NCBI GenBank assembly: GCA_965261085.1
Contig: OZ253442.1
Coordinates: 2,304,001-2,368,000, forward strand
From: a bacterium
Lineage (GTDB): Bacteria; UBA8248
Direction of reading: 5' to 3'
DNA length: 64,000 nucleotides
The position numbers and the translations under genes are program-made. This document shows positions 6,950-16,402 of the stretch, one piece after another; within the stretch, counting starts at the first letter, position 1, and each line of letters begins with the position of its first letter. The notes under the pieces are model-generated. The model was given only the letters and a program-made list of their open reading frames with translations. It was not told the origin of the DNA and made no database searches.

Positions 6950-9862
6950 CTAGCTCGGCGATGCGCCCGCGTTGGCCTCTTTTTCGGGCTTCGCCGTCTG
7001 GGGCGCGTCGTTCTTCGCGCTGGATTCGGCGGGCTTGGTGAAATTCTTCTCGATCATCAGATAATCGCGCATCGCGCGGATTTGCCGGTACGCGTCTCCG
7101 CCGAGGAGTTCTTCGTCGATGGGCTCGCCGTGGCTCTCTATCGTCCCCTTGCCGATGGTTTTGCCGAGATCGACAGGCGAGGAGATGGTCACCTTTTTCT
7201 CATCGAGACCCGTCACCTTGACGAGATGGGAATTGCCGCCGACCCGCAAGGTGGCCAATTGCTCTTCCGCCAATTCCGCTTCTTTGGTGGCTTCCAGTTC
7301 GTAGATGAACAGGTCGTCTTCCTTCTCTCCCTGGACACCCTTGACGATTTCGGCCTGTGAGCCCGCGCCCTCGAAGAAGTTGGGCATCTTGGTTCCCGGC
7401 TGGACTTTGCCCGGGTATATCAGCCAGTCGATTATCCAGTCGGGACGCAGGCGGTTTTTGGCGAACGAGAGGTTCGGGGCCGTCGGGGGTTCCTGCCCCG
7501 GCGGGGGCGGCCATGCGCCATGACAGGCGAGGCATTCCGCCTTGCCGAAGAGTTCTTTTCCGGCCTTGAAGTTCTCGGTGCTTACTTGTGTGGCGTCGAA
7601 ATGGAGGTAGGGGTTTAGTTTCGAGTCCAGCGCGGCGAAGTAATCCACGAGAGCGGCTGCATCTTCATTCGGCATCTGGAAGCTGGGCATCCGTACCTTG
7701 AGCCACGGCCTGAGCGTCACGACGTTGCGCAGGAAGCCGAAGAACCACTCGGGCTGCACCTTTCTTCCCTCGCCGTTCAGCAGCGGCGGACCGTTCGCCT
7801 TGTCTTCATAACGCCTGAGCAGGTCCCCTCCCCATTTCTCGATGACGTGGCAGCCGTTGCAGTTGTATTTCTCGATCATCCGGCGGCCGTTTTCGATTCG
7901 CTTGGCGCGGGTGTCGAGTACCTGGTGAACGCTGTGCGGCGCGCCGTGCGGCATCATGGAACGCAGCAGGGTGCGCATGGAGGAGACCTCCGCATCCGAG
8001 AATTCGAAGTTCGGCATCAGGAGCGTTTCGCGCTCCGTCTGAAAGAGTTTTGGGTTTTTCAGCTTGCCGAACGTCCATGACTCCCAGGTGTGGGGCATAT
8101 CCACCACGTTGCCGAATGAGAGTTCGAACGGCTTCTTGGCCGCGAAGCGCGTCAGGTCCGGTCCGGTTTTAGAGAGCGTCTCCGTACCGGGGATGACGTG
8201 GCAGCCGAAACAGCCGCGCGTCGCCACGAGTTTCTTGCCGCGCTCATAAGAGGCCGCATCGCCCAGTTTCCGGGGTTTCGGACGTTTGGACTCAGGCGTG
8301 AGACTGATGAGGTAAGACGTCACCGCGCTCGCTTCCTCGTCCGAGAGGCGAAGGCTCGGCATCTTGGTGTCGTGCCAATACGCTTTTGGATTTTTCAGCC
8401 AGCGGAACAACCAGTCGGGCTGAATTTTCGCGCCGATGCTCTGGAGAGCCGGTGCGAAATCGCGGTTGCGATACACGATGGGCCTGCCGTTCACGCCCTC
8501 GAGAGGTGGACCGAGTTCCAGGTCTTTTTCGTTGCGGATGTGACAACCCATACAGCCGACGGACTCAAAAATGGACTTTCCTTTTTGAATCTGCGCGGCG
8601 TCGTCGAGATTCGGAATTTTGGCCGATTCCACTTTCCGCGGGCCTTGCCGCCATACGTATGTGGAGATATCGAGTGCTTCTTCTTCCGTCAGGCTGAAAT
8701 AGGGCATGCGGGTGCGCGGGTTGTAGTCTTTCGGTTTCTTGATCCAGGAAACGAGCCAGGCGGGCGCCACTTTCTCCTGAATTCTCGAGAGGTCCGGCCC
8801 CACCTTGCGCAAGCCTTCCGTGCCCGGCAGGGTGTGGCAGCCGTTACATCCCAACTCACGGACAAGGGAGATTCCGCGTGAGATTTTCGGCGCTTCCGGG
8901 ATGTTGAATATCTCTGTGTGGCAACTTCTGCACTTGGTTTCCACTTCGCTGCCGTGCAGAAGGGGATCTTCCCAGAATTGCACGTGGCCGTGGGCTTTAT
9001 CCACGCTGGTGACGGCCGTCCCCTGTCCCCCGTGGCAAAGCGTGCAGCCGACCTTGTTGAATTCATGCTTCGAGAGGTAGAGGCGTCTTTGGGGGTGTGT
9101 GCGGAATGGTTGCGGCGCATTCTCGAAGCCCGCCCTGTTGATGCCCAGGTGACAGGTCTGGCACCGCTCCACCTTCATTACAGGCTCGTTGAAGTTGTTG
9201 CGCTCGTATTCGCGCAGGACGAGCTGGCTGATTTCATAGGGACGGCGGGCGATGCCGTCGAGGCGTCGTTCCTGGAAGGAAATGTCACCCGTCACTTTTA
9301 GTCTCGTCGCCTCGAGCGTCGTGAGTTCCTTTTCCTTGGCCTCAATCTTGGCCTTTATCGCGTCCCTGGCGGCTTCCGCCTTCGCCGCTATGGGTGTTAT
9401 CTCATCGAGCAGGGCCTTGGCTTCATCGACTTCTTTTTGCTCGGTCTGGTTGTCGTGCCCTTCCCGAATGGCTTCCTGGAGAAAGAAGTAGGACTGATCG
9501 TAAAGAGCTTTTCGAATGCCCATCTCCTGCACTTTCTCGAAAGTGTCGAGTTCGCTATTCGCGAGTTCTACCTTGAGGTTTTTCAGTTCTTCGTCGCCGG
9601 CGAAAATTAGTCGCTGTGCGGCGATCTTTTTATCGAGTTCAGAAACCTTGGACCCGATTTTTTTCCTGAGGCCGGCGAGTTCTTTCTCTACCTGGGCTTT
9701 TTCATAGACGTTGAACTCGTTTTGGTATTTTTTCCATGGTCTGCGCGTGAACGCTTCGTCCCATACGGTCCAAAACGTCACCGCGACCATGATGAGCCCT
9801 AGAATAAAAAATGGAATAGGACTGGTTTTCTCTTCCGGAGGCTTGAAGTCTCGACCTTGCAT
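6950..9862 (-). CDS. Membrane-anchored octaheme cytochrome c (bc-complex-associated type)
   Basis: N-terminal TM helix and coiled coil, then eight CxxCH motifs (CQTCH, CTLCH, CRSCH, CNGCH, CMGCH, CFGCH, CNGCH, CLACH) with repeated class-I c domains (GPDL...WL..P...TKMP). The ORF could extend to GTG 9883. Confidence 0.9.
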   Translation of the reverse strand: MQGRDFKPPEEKTSPIPFFILGLIMVAVTFWTVWDEAFTRRPWKKYQNEFNVYEKAQVEKELAGLRKKIGSKVSELDKKIAAQRLIFAGDEELKNLKVELANSELDTFEKVQEMGIRKALYDQSYFFLQEAIREGHDNQTEQKEVDEAKALLDEITPIAAKAEAARDAIKAKIEAKEKELTTLEATRLKVTGDISFQERRLDGIARRPYEISQLVLREYERNNFNEPVMKVERCQTCHLGINRAGFENAPQPFRTHPQRRLYLSKHEFNKVGCTLCHGGQGTAVTSVDKAHGHVQFWEDPLLHGSEVETKCRSCHTEIFNIPEAPKISRGISLVRELGCNGCHTLPGTEGLRKVGPDLSRIQEKVAPAWLVSWIKKPKDYNPRTRMPYFSLTEEEALDISTYVWRQGPRKVESAKIPNLDDAAQIQKGKSIFESVGCMGCHIRNEKDLELGPPLEGVNGRPIVYRNRDFAPALQSIGAKIQPDWLFRWLKNPKAYWHDTKMPSLRLSDEEASAVTSYLISLTPESKRPKPRKLGDAASYERGKKLVATRGCFGCHVIPGTETLSKTGPDLTRFAAKKPFELSFGNVVDMPHTWESWTFGKLKNPKLFQTERETLLMPNFEFSDAEVSSMRTLLRSMMPHGAPHSVHQVLDTRAKRIENGRRMIEKYNCNGCHVIEKWGGDLLRRYEDKANGPPLLNGEGRKVQPEWFFGFLRNVVTLRPWLKVRMPSFQMPNEDAAALVDYFAALDSKLNPYLHFDATQVSTENFKAGKELFGKAECLACHGAWPPPPGQEPPTAPNLSFAKNRLRPDWIIDWLIYPGKVQPGTKMPNFFEGAGSQAEIVKGVQGEKEDDLFIYELEATKEAELAEEQLATLRVGGNSHLVKVTGLDEKKVTISSPVDLGKTIGKGTIESHGEPIDEELLGGDAYRQIRAMRDYLMIEKNFTKPAESSAKNDAPQTAKPEKEANAGASPS

Positions 9863-9933
9863 TGTGAAAAAACGCTCCCTCACACCGGATTTACTGAGCG
9901 GAAATTGTTGGTTTCCTCGCTAAAATCCGGGTG

Positions 9934-9962
9934 ATTATAGGTACGGGCAGGGCGGGCGTCAA
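9934..9962 (-). promoter_or_regulatory. Near-consensus sigma70 promoter for the octaheme cytochrome
   Basis: Minus strand reads TTGACG-N17-TATAAT. Confidence 0.75.
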
Positions 9963-10089
9963 CCGCAGAGCGGATAGTTTTGACTTAGCGGAATTCCGCC
10001 TGAATACGGGGAGAAGGTGCTGAAAATATAGGTGGTTTGCGAAGAAAATTGCGTTCGGCTCATACCCCGCGTCCACCTTGTCCTCGAGA

Positions 10090-13000
10090 CTATTCGTTCT
10101 GGCTTCTAATGATGTTGGCGAGTTGGCCGATAATGGCGATAGAGATGTTCGGATGATCGTGGATCAGTTCGAGAAGAGGTTCTTTCTCGATGCCCAGCAA
10201 AGAAGTGTCCTTACTCGCACGCGCGCCGGCGCTTCTGCCCTCATCGCCGAAGAGCGCGATTTCGCCGAACGAGGTCGGGGGGCCTAGCGTGGCCAGAATC
10301 TTCGGTTCTCCATTCTCCTGATTGAGGATGATTTCAATTTCCCCCTCGACGATGACGTAGAGATAATCGCAAGGGTCTCCCTGCTCGAAAAGAACCTTTC
10401 CCGCCTCTATCTGGATTTCCCTGGAAATGTTGCTGAGTATTTTCAGTTCATCCGCGCTCATCGTCTCGAACATGTTGACGCCTTTCAAAAACAGGGCTTT
10501 TTCGATGGTCGAGAGCATGAATTTCTCCTGTCCGGATAAATTTTCGCCAACTACTCCATATTGGGTGCGCTCGCGGCGCACCTGTATGCGCACCAATTGA
10601 TTCTCGTCATTCTCCATGGTTCTCAAAAACGTCACAACGTCGTTTTCATCTTTCCCGATAATTCTCAAGGCGGCAACCGCGGCCTCACGGATATACGGGT
10701 CGCCCTCAGAGGCCCGCGACTGGAATTGCGCGCGCCACTCGGCGGTTGAGCCATCCGCTTCGCTTGCGAGATGTTTTCCCGCCGCGTCGAGGGCGATGGC
10801 CTGGAGCCATGTATTCTCTGAATTCAGGTAGGTCGTCAGCACGTCGTCAATCGATTTTTCGGGTATTTCCCATAGTTTCCTGCCCTCGGAAACCATGTCG
10901 GCGGTCGAGCGGCCCAGGAGCAGGGGCTCGAGCGCCAGAATCAGGAGCCTCGTATTGCCCGCCGAGGAGAAATTCGAGAGCGTCTCGATGGCGATCGCTC
11001 TCGACGAAGAGCCTCCTCGGGCGAGGGATTCCGCCACGGTGTCCACCGTTTTCTCGTCCCCGATCACCCCCAGCAACTCGAGCAGGACCAGTTGCCTTTC
11101 CGCGACGACGTCTTCGAGCGCTTTTCTCAACATCGTGAAGGCGGATGCGTTCTCCCGGCTTTCGATGACGTGGAGGTGGTTGATGACGTCGTAGACTTCC
11201 TTCAAATGCTCCACGGCGAATGCGGCGAGGGAATCGACGATTTCCTGCGCGCTCATCTCGCGGGAGCCGTTTTTAGCACTCTTGAACAAGAACGGAACGA
11301 CGAACGAAATCAACCCCGAGCCTTCGAGAGAGAGAGTTCCTTTTCGTTTCATGTTTTTCAGCGATTCGACGGCCTGCCTTCTGACCAGAGAATCGACGTC
11401 CGCGAGAGCGCCCAGGGTGCGCTCGAAATTCTCCCGCGAGCCTATATTGCCCAGTTGCCTGACGCCTCTGCGCCTGATGGCCGCGCTCTCATCCGAGGTG
11501 GTGACCCGGATGACTTCCGCCATCTTCTCCTCATCGACCCCCTGGTTCATGGCCAGAACTTCTATCGCCTCGAGCGCGGCTTCGCGGACTTTCTCCTCGT
11601 TCTGATACAGATAGGGAATCAATCGTTTGATGAACCGCGGGTTCTGAAGCTCTCCCATGCACCGCAGGGCGCAGACCCTGGCCGCCGCGTCTTCTTCGTT
11701 CAGCATCCGGTGCAGCGTTTGCAGGCCGTTGGCGAGCCAGAACAGATCGTCGGAGCGAACGAGCAACTCGACGGCGCGCGCCCTGACTTCGGGTGAATCG
11801 CTCTCCAGGTTTTCATGCACTAACTCTGCCGTCTCATCGGTAAGTCCGATGGATTCCGCCGCATCCATGGCGGCGCACCGAAGGACGGGCTCCTCGCAGG
11901 TGAGATATTCCTCCAGCAGGGGCCGCATTTTCTCGCCCTCTTCGGCCCCGGGAACCTTGGCGAGAATTTTCAGCAACTCGGCCGCGGCATGGCCTTTCCG
12001 CCGGGAGATTTCTCCGAGAATAATCGGGAAGGTCTCGCTTCTGCCGCTTTCCGCCATCATCTGTGCCGTGAAGACGCAAAGGTCGTCATCCCCCTCGTGG
12101 ATGTTTTTTCTGAGTATCGCCATGCTCTCATCGTCAACCGGGCCGAACCCCTCCTTGGCGTAGCGGAACAGCCCTAGGTTTCTCTCCTCGAGCATCCTGC
12201 GCAGGGCGGCGCCGTATTCATGCCGTACGAAGAAGCCGGTGGCCAGATAGGCGAAGGCGATGAACAAGGAGATGAGGGCCACCCAGCCGGGGCTCAAGGG
12301 GAAAAGAGCGAGGCCGGTGGGCTTGATGATGAGTAGTGTGACGCCGCTGACGATGCTGGCCACGGCGACCACCTGACCTGAGACGAACGCGCCGACGCGC
12401 GCGCGGACCGAGGGGGAGACGGCGTTGTAGAGCAAGGCGTTGATGGCGTTTCGAATCGATTCTTGCAGGTTCTTGTTGTTGAAGCGCAAGAAGACGGCGG
12501 AATAGAAGCCGGGTGAAATCGCCATGCCGGTAAGGCTGATGATGGTGGTGAGCGGATAAAGGAGGTTCGCCGTGCCCAGGCCGAGGCGTTTGATGATGCG
12601 CGGGGTGATGAACGTCTGGACGAGCAGGGAGAAGGCGCTCCCGATGGCGGTGAAATATCCGAGGAACGAGGCGAGCTGCGCGCGATCGGAAAAGACTTCA
12701 CGAAAGATGAGGCTGTATTGAAAATCCTGAAAACTCCTGAGGATCACCACGATGAAGCTGAACAGGGCGAACGCGCAGACGTATCTGTTCGTCCTCATGA
12801 GCGCGAGGTTGCCTACCCCTGGGGCCGCCTTGGTCGTTTTACGTTTTTTGGGACGCGCATCTTCGATGATGTGGTCCCGGAGCCGCCATTCGGCGTATTG
12901 CACCACCCCGATGCTGATGACGATGGCTCCAATCCATACATAGAGCAGATTCGAGACGCTCCCCAGGACGGGTATGAGCAGCGGAATGGCCAGGCCGCCG

Positions 13001-13497
13001 AGGATGCCGCCGTAGCGCCCCCCGGTCAGGATGATCGGAACGAGCCGCTTGGATTGCAAGACGTCGAGGTACTGGCCGTAGAGGGCGCGGAAGTTGTTCG
13101 GCAGCATGTTCGTGAACATGACGAACAGGGTGTGGAGGAGCGGGAATGCGATCGGCATCGCGTAGGCGCGGAAATCGGCGAAGATGAGCAGCTTGATGCC
13201 GAATACGAGCGCGATGAAAAAAATCAGGACAGTCTTGAACATCGCCGGAATCGAGAGTTTTTCGGTCAGCGAGGAGTAGAACGTGCTGATGAAGATGATC
13301 ATCAAGGCGTTGAATATGTACATATACGGGAGAAAGCCCGGGCCGACTTCTGAGAGGAACAACGCTTCGGATACGGTGAGGCCGATGGAGAACTGAACCC
13401 CGATGAGGAAATAGAAGAAGAAGAACACCGAGAAGACGAGCAGTTCCTCTTCCTGGATGTCGAATGCTTTTTTGAGGAATTTCGCCATTTCGATCAT
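10090..13497 (-). CDS. Npt/TLC-family MFS transporter fused to HEAT repeats and a C-terminal cNMP-binding domain (1135 aa)
   Basis: About 12 TM helices with QSKRLVPII and RIIKRLG motifs, HEAT repeats (e.g. SDSPEVRARAVELL, DVDSLVRRQAVESL), and a cNMP domain (LFEQGD...YVIVEGEI...FGEIALF...RSAGARA). Confidence 0.85.
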   Translation of the reverse strand: MIEMAKFLKKAFDIQEEELLVFSVFFFFYFLIGVQFSIGLTVSEALFLSEVGPGFLPYMYIFNALMIIFISTFYSSLTEKLSIPAMFKTVLIFFIALVFGIKLLIFADFRAYAMPIAFPLLHTLFVMFTNMLPNNFRALYGQYLDVLQSKRLVPIILTGGRYGGILGGLAIPLLIPVLGSVSNLLYVWIGAIVISIGVVQYAEWRLRDHIIEDARPKKRKTTKAAPGVGNLALMRTNRYVCAFALFSFIVVILRSFQDFQYSLIFREVFSDRAQLASFLGYFTAIGSAFSLLVQTFITPRIIKRLGLGTANLLYPLTTIISLTGMAISPGFYSAVFLRFNNKNLQESIRNAINALLYNAVSPSVRARVGAFVSGQVVAVASIVSGVTLLIIKPTGLALFPLSPGWVALISLFIAFAYLATGFFVRHEYGAALRRMLEERNLGLFRYAKEGFGPVDDESMAILRKNIHEGDDDLCVFTAQMMAESGRSETFPIILGEISRRKGHAAAELLKILAKVPGAEEGEKMRPLLEEYLTCEEPVLRCAAMDAAESIGLTDETAELVHENLESDSPEVRARAVELLVRSDDLFWLANGLQTLHRMLNEEDAAARVCALRCMGELQNPRFIKRLIPYLYQNEEKVREAALEAIEVLAMNQGVDEEKMAEVIRVTTSDESAAIRRRGVRQLGNIGSRENFERTLGALADVDSLVRRQAVESLKNMKRKGTLSLEGSGLISFVVPFLFKSAKNGSREMSAQEIVDSLAAFAVEHLKEVYDVINHLHVIESRENASAFTMLRKALEDVVAERQLVLLELLGVIGDEKTVDTVAESLARGGSSSRAIAIETLSNFSSAGNTRLLILALEPLLLGRSTADMVSEGRKLWEIPEKSIDDVLTTYLNSENTWLQAIALDAAGKHLASEADGSTAEWRAQFQSRASEGDPYIREAAVAALRIIGKDENDVVTFLRTMENDENQLVRIQVRRERTQYGVVGENLSGQEKFMLSTIEKALFLKGVNMFETMSADELKILSNISREIQIEAGKVLFEQGDPCDYLYVIVEGEIEIILNQENGEPKILATLGPPTSFGEIALFGDEGRSAGARASKDTSLLGIEKEPLLELIHDHPNISIAIIGQLANIIRSQNE

Positions 13498-13586
13498 TTC
13501 TGGAGCGGTGGATGAGGATCCTTCGCGCGAATCCCGCCCCTTGGGATTCCTGGAACGCAGGCGATGAGGAACGGGTTGATTCTAAC

Positions 13587-15266
13587 TTAGACTTTTTGAG
13601 ATTTCCATGAGTAGAACGACAAGGCGTCCTCCGTCCACTGCGCGCAGTTTTCGTAAAATCTTCCCCAGCGGCTGTTTGCGCATTGGGCGCGAACGGGGTC
13701 GGCGTTGCCCTCGGCGATCAGGCCGTTCATTGGCGAGAGGTCGAATTCGGCCCGAACCGGAACTCTGCCGTGCTCACAGGCGCCGACGAGAGACAAAAAG
13801 CGCGCGAACGCATCGAAAGCGCCGTGAATCTTCTCGCACAATCGCTCCGCACCTCCCGCGTATGCGACCAGGGCGGGAACCAAAGGCGCGTAGCGGTTCA
13901 GTTCCATGCCCCCCTCCGTGCGGTTCGTGATGCTGTCCACACCGACGACACCGATGGAATCATCCGAAAATTCCACCGGGAACAGCCTGGCGTAGAGCGT
14001 TTCCACGACCGGCCCCTCGCGGCTGAGCCTCAGGTGAACGCGAACGCTGAACAGGCCGAAATCGATCCAGTTGCATATCAACGGGAGGTAGCGCGCGTCG
14101 AATGCCTGCTCGTAGTTCTCGATGGCGCTTGCCAGAAGGCGAATCGAATCCTCACGGGATAGGGATGATTCGCGAAGTTGCGATTCGAGTCTGGGCGTGC
14201 AGTTTCTGAGCATTTGTCCCAAACCGTTCGGTGGGGCGTCGCCTCCCACCCTTTGGGTCTTGATGTAGGCTTTCGAGGTAGCCGGGCTGGCCTGAAAGCG
14301 ATGAACGAGCCAGTCCATCGCCCGGAGGTGATTGGGGTTTTCCGCGTCAAGAGACAAGGGCAGGGGGGTCGCACTGTCCGCCGCGACGCCGAGTTTGCTT
14401 AAATCCGGAAGCCCGAATCCGTTGGGGTAGACGTCCAGCCGAAAACAGCCGCGTCCGCCGCCGCCTTCTTGCGGTTTGATGAAGAAAGTCGTGGCGTCCC
14501 ATTTTCTGGACAAGGCCGAGGCCCTGTCCAGAATGGCGGTGGCGGTGTCCGCAGGTCTTCCTCCGTTTAATTCCACCGCTTCATAGCCGGCTGTCAGGTG
14601 ACGCCCGCGACCGTCCGTTTGGGAGTTTCCCGTGTCCGCGCCGTTTCCGTTCAGGAGTTCATAAGTGGTTTTCTTGTTCGACAGCGGCCCGCCGGGGGCG
14701 GTGAGAGGCCCCGGCGCCACGACGATTCCCCGCGATTCGAGAACCTTGGCCAAGGTTGCGTCGTAAAGACTTTTTTGGGCGGTCTGACTGATGACGAGCA
14801 GTTCTTTCGGCGCCTTGGCGGCGCGCGCCAAGAGTTCTTCTCGCCGATTCAGGACCCTGACGGGGATGGACAACCCCAGTTGCTTCAGATGCGCCCGCAT
14901 CACCCGGGCGGTTTCCATGGTGAGGGGCAGTCGGCTCGGGGAGCCGTCCAGCAAAAGAATTTCTCCCGGACGCCGAATGGGTGATGCGTCTTCCGTGATG
15001 CGCAAATCTGCGAATCGGGGTTCGCGCGACGCCCAGTGGTTCAAGTTCTCGATCAGGGTGTCATTCAGATCGCCGAGGTCTGAGTCGAATTCCTGGCTGA
15101 CTCGGTATAAATCCCAGACGCCGCCGCTCGCATCGGGCGTGAGATTATACAGAGAAGGTTCTCGCGCGATGAGAGGATGGCTGGATGTCTTATGTGGGGC
15201 CAAGGTTTTGCTCTTTATGTCTAAAACACCGACTTGCGCTGGTGCATGAAGTGTTTGACCGCCCAA
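13587..15266 (-). CDS. Divergent ATP-grasp fold protein (putative amide/peptide ligase)
   Basis: SNKKTTYELL, FFIKPQEGGGGRGCF, SVRVHL, and AEFDL...IAEGNA (ExN). The real start may be TTG 15203, just after the upstream stop. Confidence 0.6.
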   Translation of the reverse strand: MGGQTLHAPAQVGVLDIKSKTLAPHKTSSHPLIAREPSLYNLTPDASGGVWDLYRVSQEFDSDLGDLNDTLIENLNHWASREPRFADLRITEDASPIRRPGEILLLDGSPSRLPLTMETARVMRAHLKQLGLSIPVRVLNRREELLARAAKAPKELLVISQTAQKSLYDATLAKVLESRGIVVAPGPLTAPGGPLSNKKTTYELLNGNGADTGNSQTDGRGRHLTAGYEAVELNGGRPADTATAILDRASALSRKWDATTFFIKPQEGGGGRGCFRLDVYPNGFGLPDLSKLGVAADSATPLPLSLDAENPNHLRAMDWLVHRFQASPATSKAYIKTQRVGGDAPPNGLGQMLRNCTPRLESQLRESSLSREDSIRLLASAIENYEQAFDARYLPLICNWIDFGLFSVRVHLRLSREGPVVETLYARLFPVEFSDDSIGVVGVDSITNRTEGGMELNRYAPLVPALVAYAGGAERLCEKIHGAFDAFARFLSLVGACEHGRVPVRAEFDLSPMNGLIAEGNADPVRAQCANSRWGRFYENCAQWTEDALSFYSWKSQKV

Positions 15267-16396
15267 TCCGCAATGGCGCCGCCCACGGCCCTATCGGCCG
15301 AGAGGGAGGAGGGGTTCGAAGCGATGCAACTGAGGGCGCGTATCCCCGTCATGCGGTACGCTTCCTCACGCGCGTGTTCTTCATTGGCGAGCTTTCCGGA
15401 AATGAGCATGTTTTCCTCCTCCACCTCCAGATGGCTTCGGATCCAATGAACGATGAGCGTTGATTCCAGCGTATCACATGCGCAGATAATCAGCCCTCTG
15501 CGCGCGAGCCAGTTTTTCACCCAGGGGTCGCTCGCTACGTGAAGGCTGGCGTCCGAGGAGGGAGAATCCGCCAATTCCGCAATAACGATTTCCGCCTTCG
15601 CGCAGGCGTGGCGAAGCAGATTCTGGGCGCATCGCCTGACTCTGCCGCTTGAGACGCCGCAAGTGGAGGATAGTCCCGCATCGACGAAATCCCAGCCGAG
15701 TCTCGTGGAGTCGAAAAACCCGAGAGGTCTTCCGTAATTCACCTGCATGAGATCCCGCATGCGTCCCGTTCCGGTCAATTTCACGTATGAGGCGCGGATG
15801 CCCGAGGAGTGCAGGGCGGAGGCGAGCGAAGAGGCGCAGGTTGTTTTACCCACGTCCATCTCGGAGCCGGTCACCAGGATGATGGGAGCGCAGGGAATGC
15901 CTTCTTCATCGACGGGGCACCGGGTATCGGGGATGACGGGAAGATGAGAAAGGCGGGCGGGTTCGCCTCGTAGCGGGATGCTCCCCTTCACTTCTATATT
16001 CACGCACGGCGTTTCAGGGTTCGTACGAGTCCCGCAGACGCCGCCGACGTTCAACAGGTCGAGTATCACCCCGGGCTCCGGTGGAGAGTCCGGTTCACGG
16101 CCCGATACGCTGCGGTTCGCATAGCGCCCGCCGAGTGTTACGACCAGATTCATTTTTTCGCGCAATTTCGTTTCACTCGTCTTCCACGCGTCCAGCGTTC
16201 CCTGGAGGGCTTCGAGTGTCTCCAGACGATCGATGGGAGCATTCTTAGGTGCGGCGACGACTTCGCCCAGGACGATTCCGTTAGATGGAACGGGCCGGGA
16301 GTCAGGCGTGAAATCCGCCTGAAACGCATACGGACTCTCAGGGGAGAGGAACATGCCTCGGGCGGTGGATGCGAAGAAATCTACTTTCAATTTCAC
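15221..16396 (-). CDS. DUF1611/DgcN-like P-loop protein
   Basis: IILVTGSEMDVGKTT Walker-A-like motif, KLTGTGRMRD, DFVDAGLSST, IVIAELAD, and an N-terminal LGGRYA...DLLNVGGVCG segment. Confidence 0.75.
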   Translation of the reverse strand: MKLKVDFFASTARGMFLSPESPYAFQADFTPDSRPVPSNGIVLGEVVAAPKNAPIDRLETLEALQGTLDAWKTSETKLREKMNLVVTLGGRYANRSVSGREPDSPPEPGVILDLLNVGGVCGTRTNPETPCVNIEVKGSIPLRGEPARLSHLPVIPDTRCPVDEEGIPCAPIILVTGSEMDVGKTTCASSLASALHSSGIRASYVKLTGTGRMRDLMQVNYGRPLGFFDSTRLGWDFVDAGLSSTCGVSSGRVRRCAQNLLRHACAKAEIVIAELADSPSSDASLHVASDPWVKNWLARRGLIICACDTLESTLIVHWIRSHLEVEEENMLISGKLANEEHAREEAYRMTGIRALSCIASNPSSLSADRAVGGAIADWAVKHFMHQRKSVF

Positions 16397-16402
16397 TATG
16401 TC

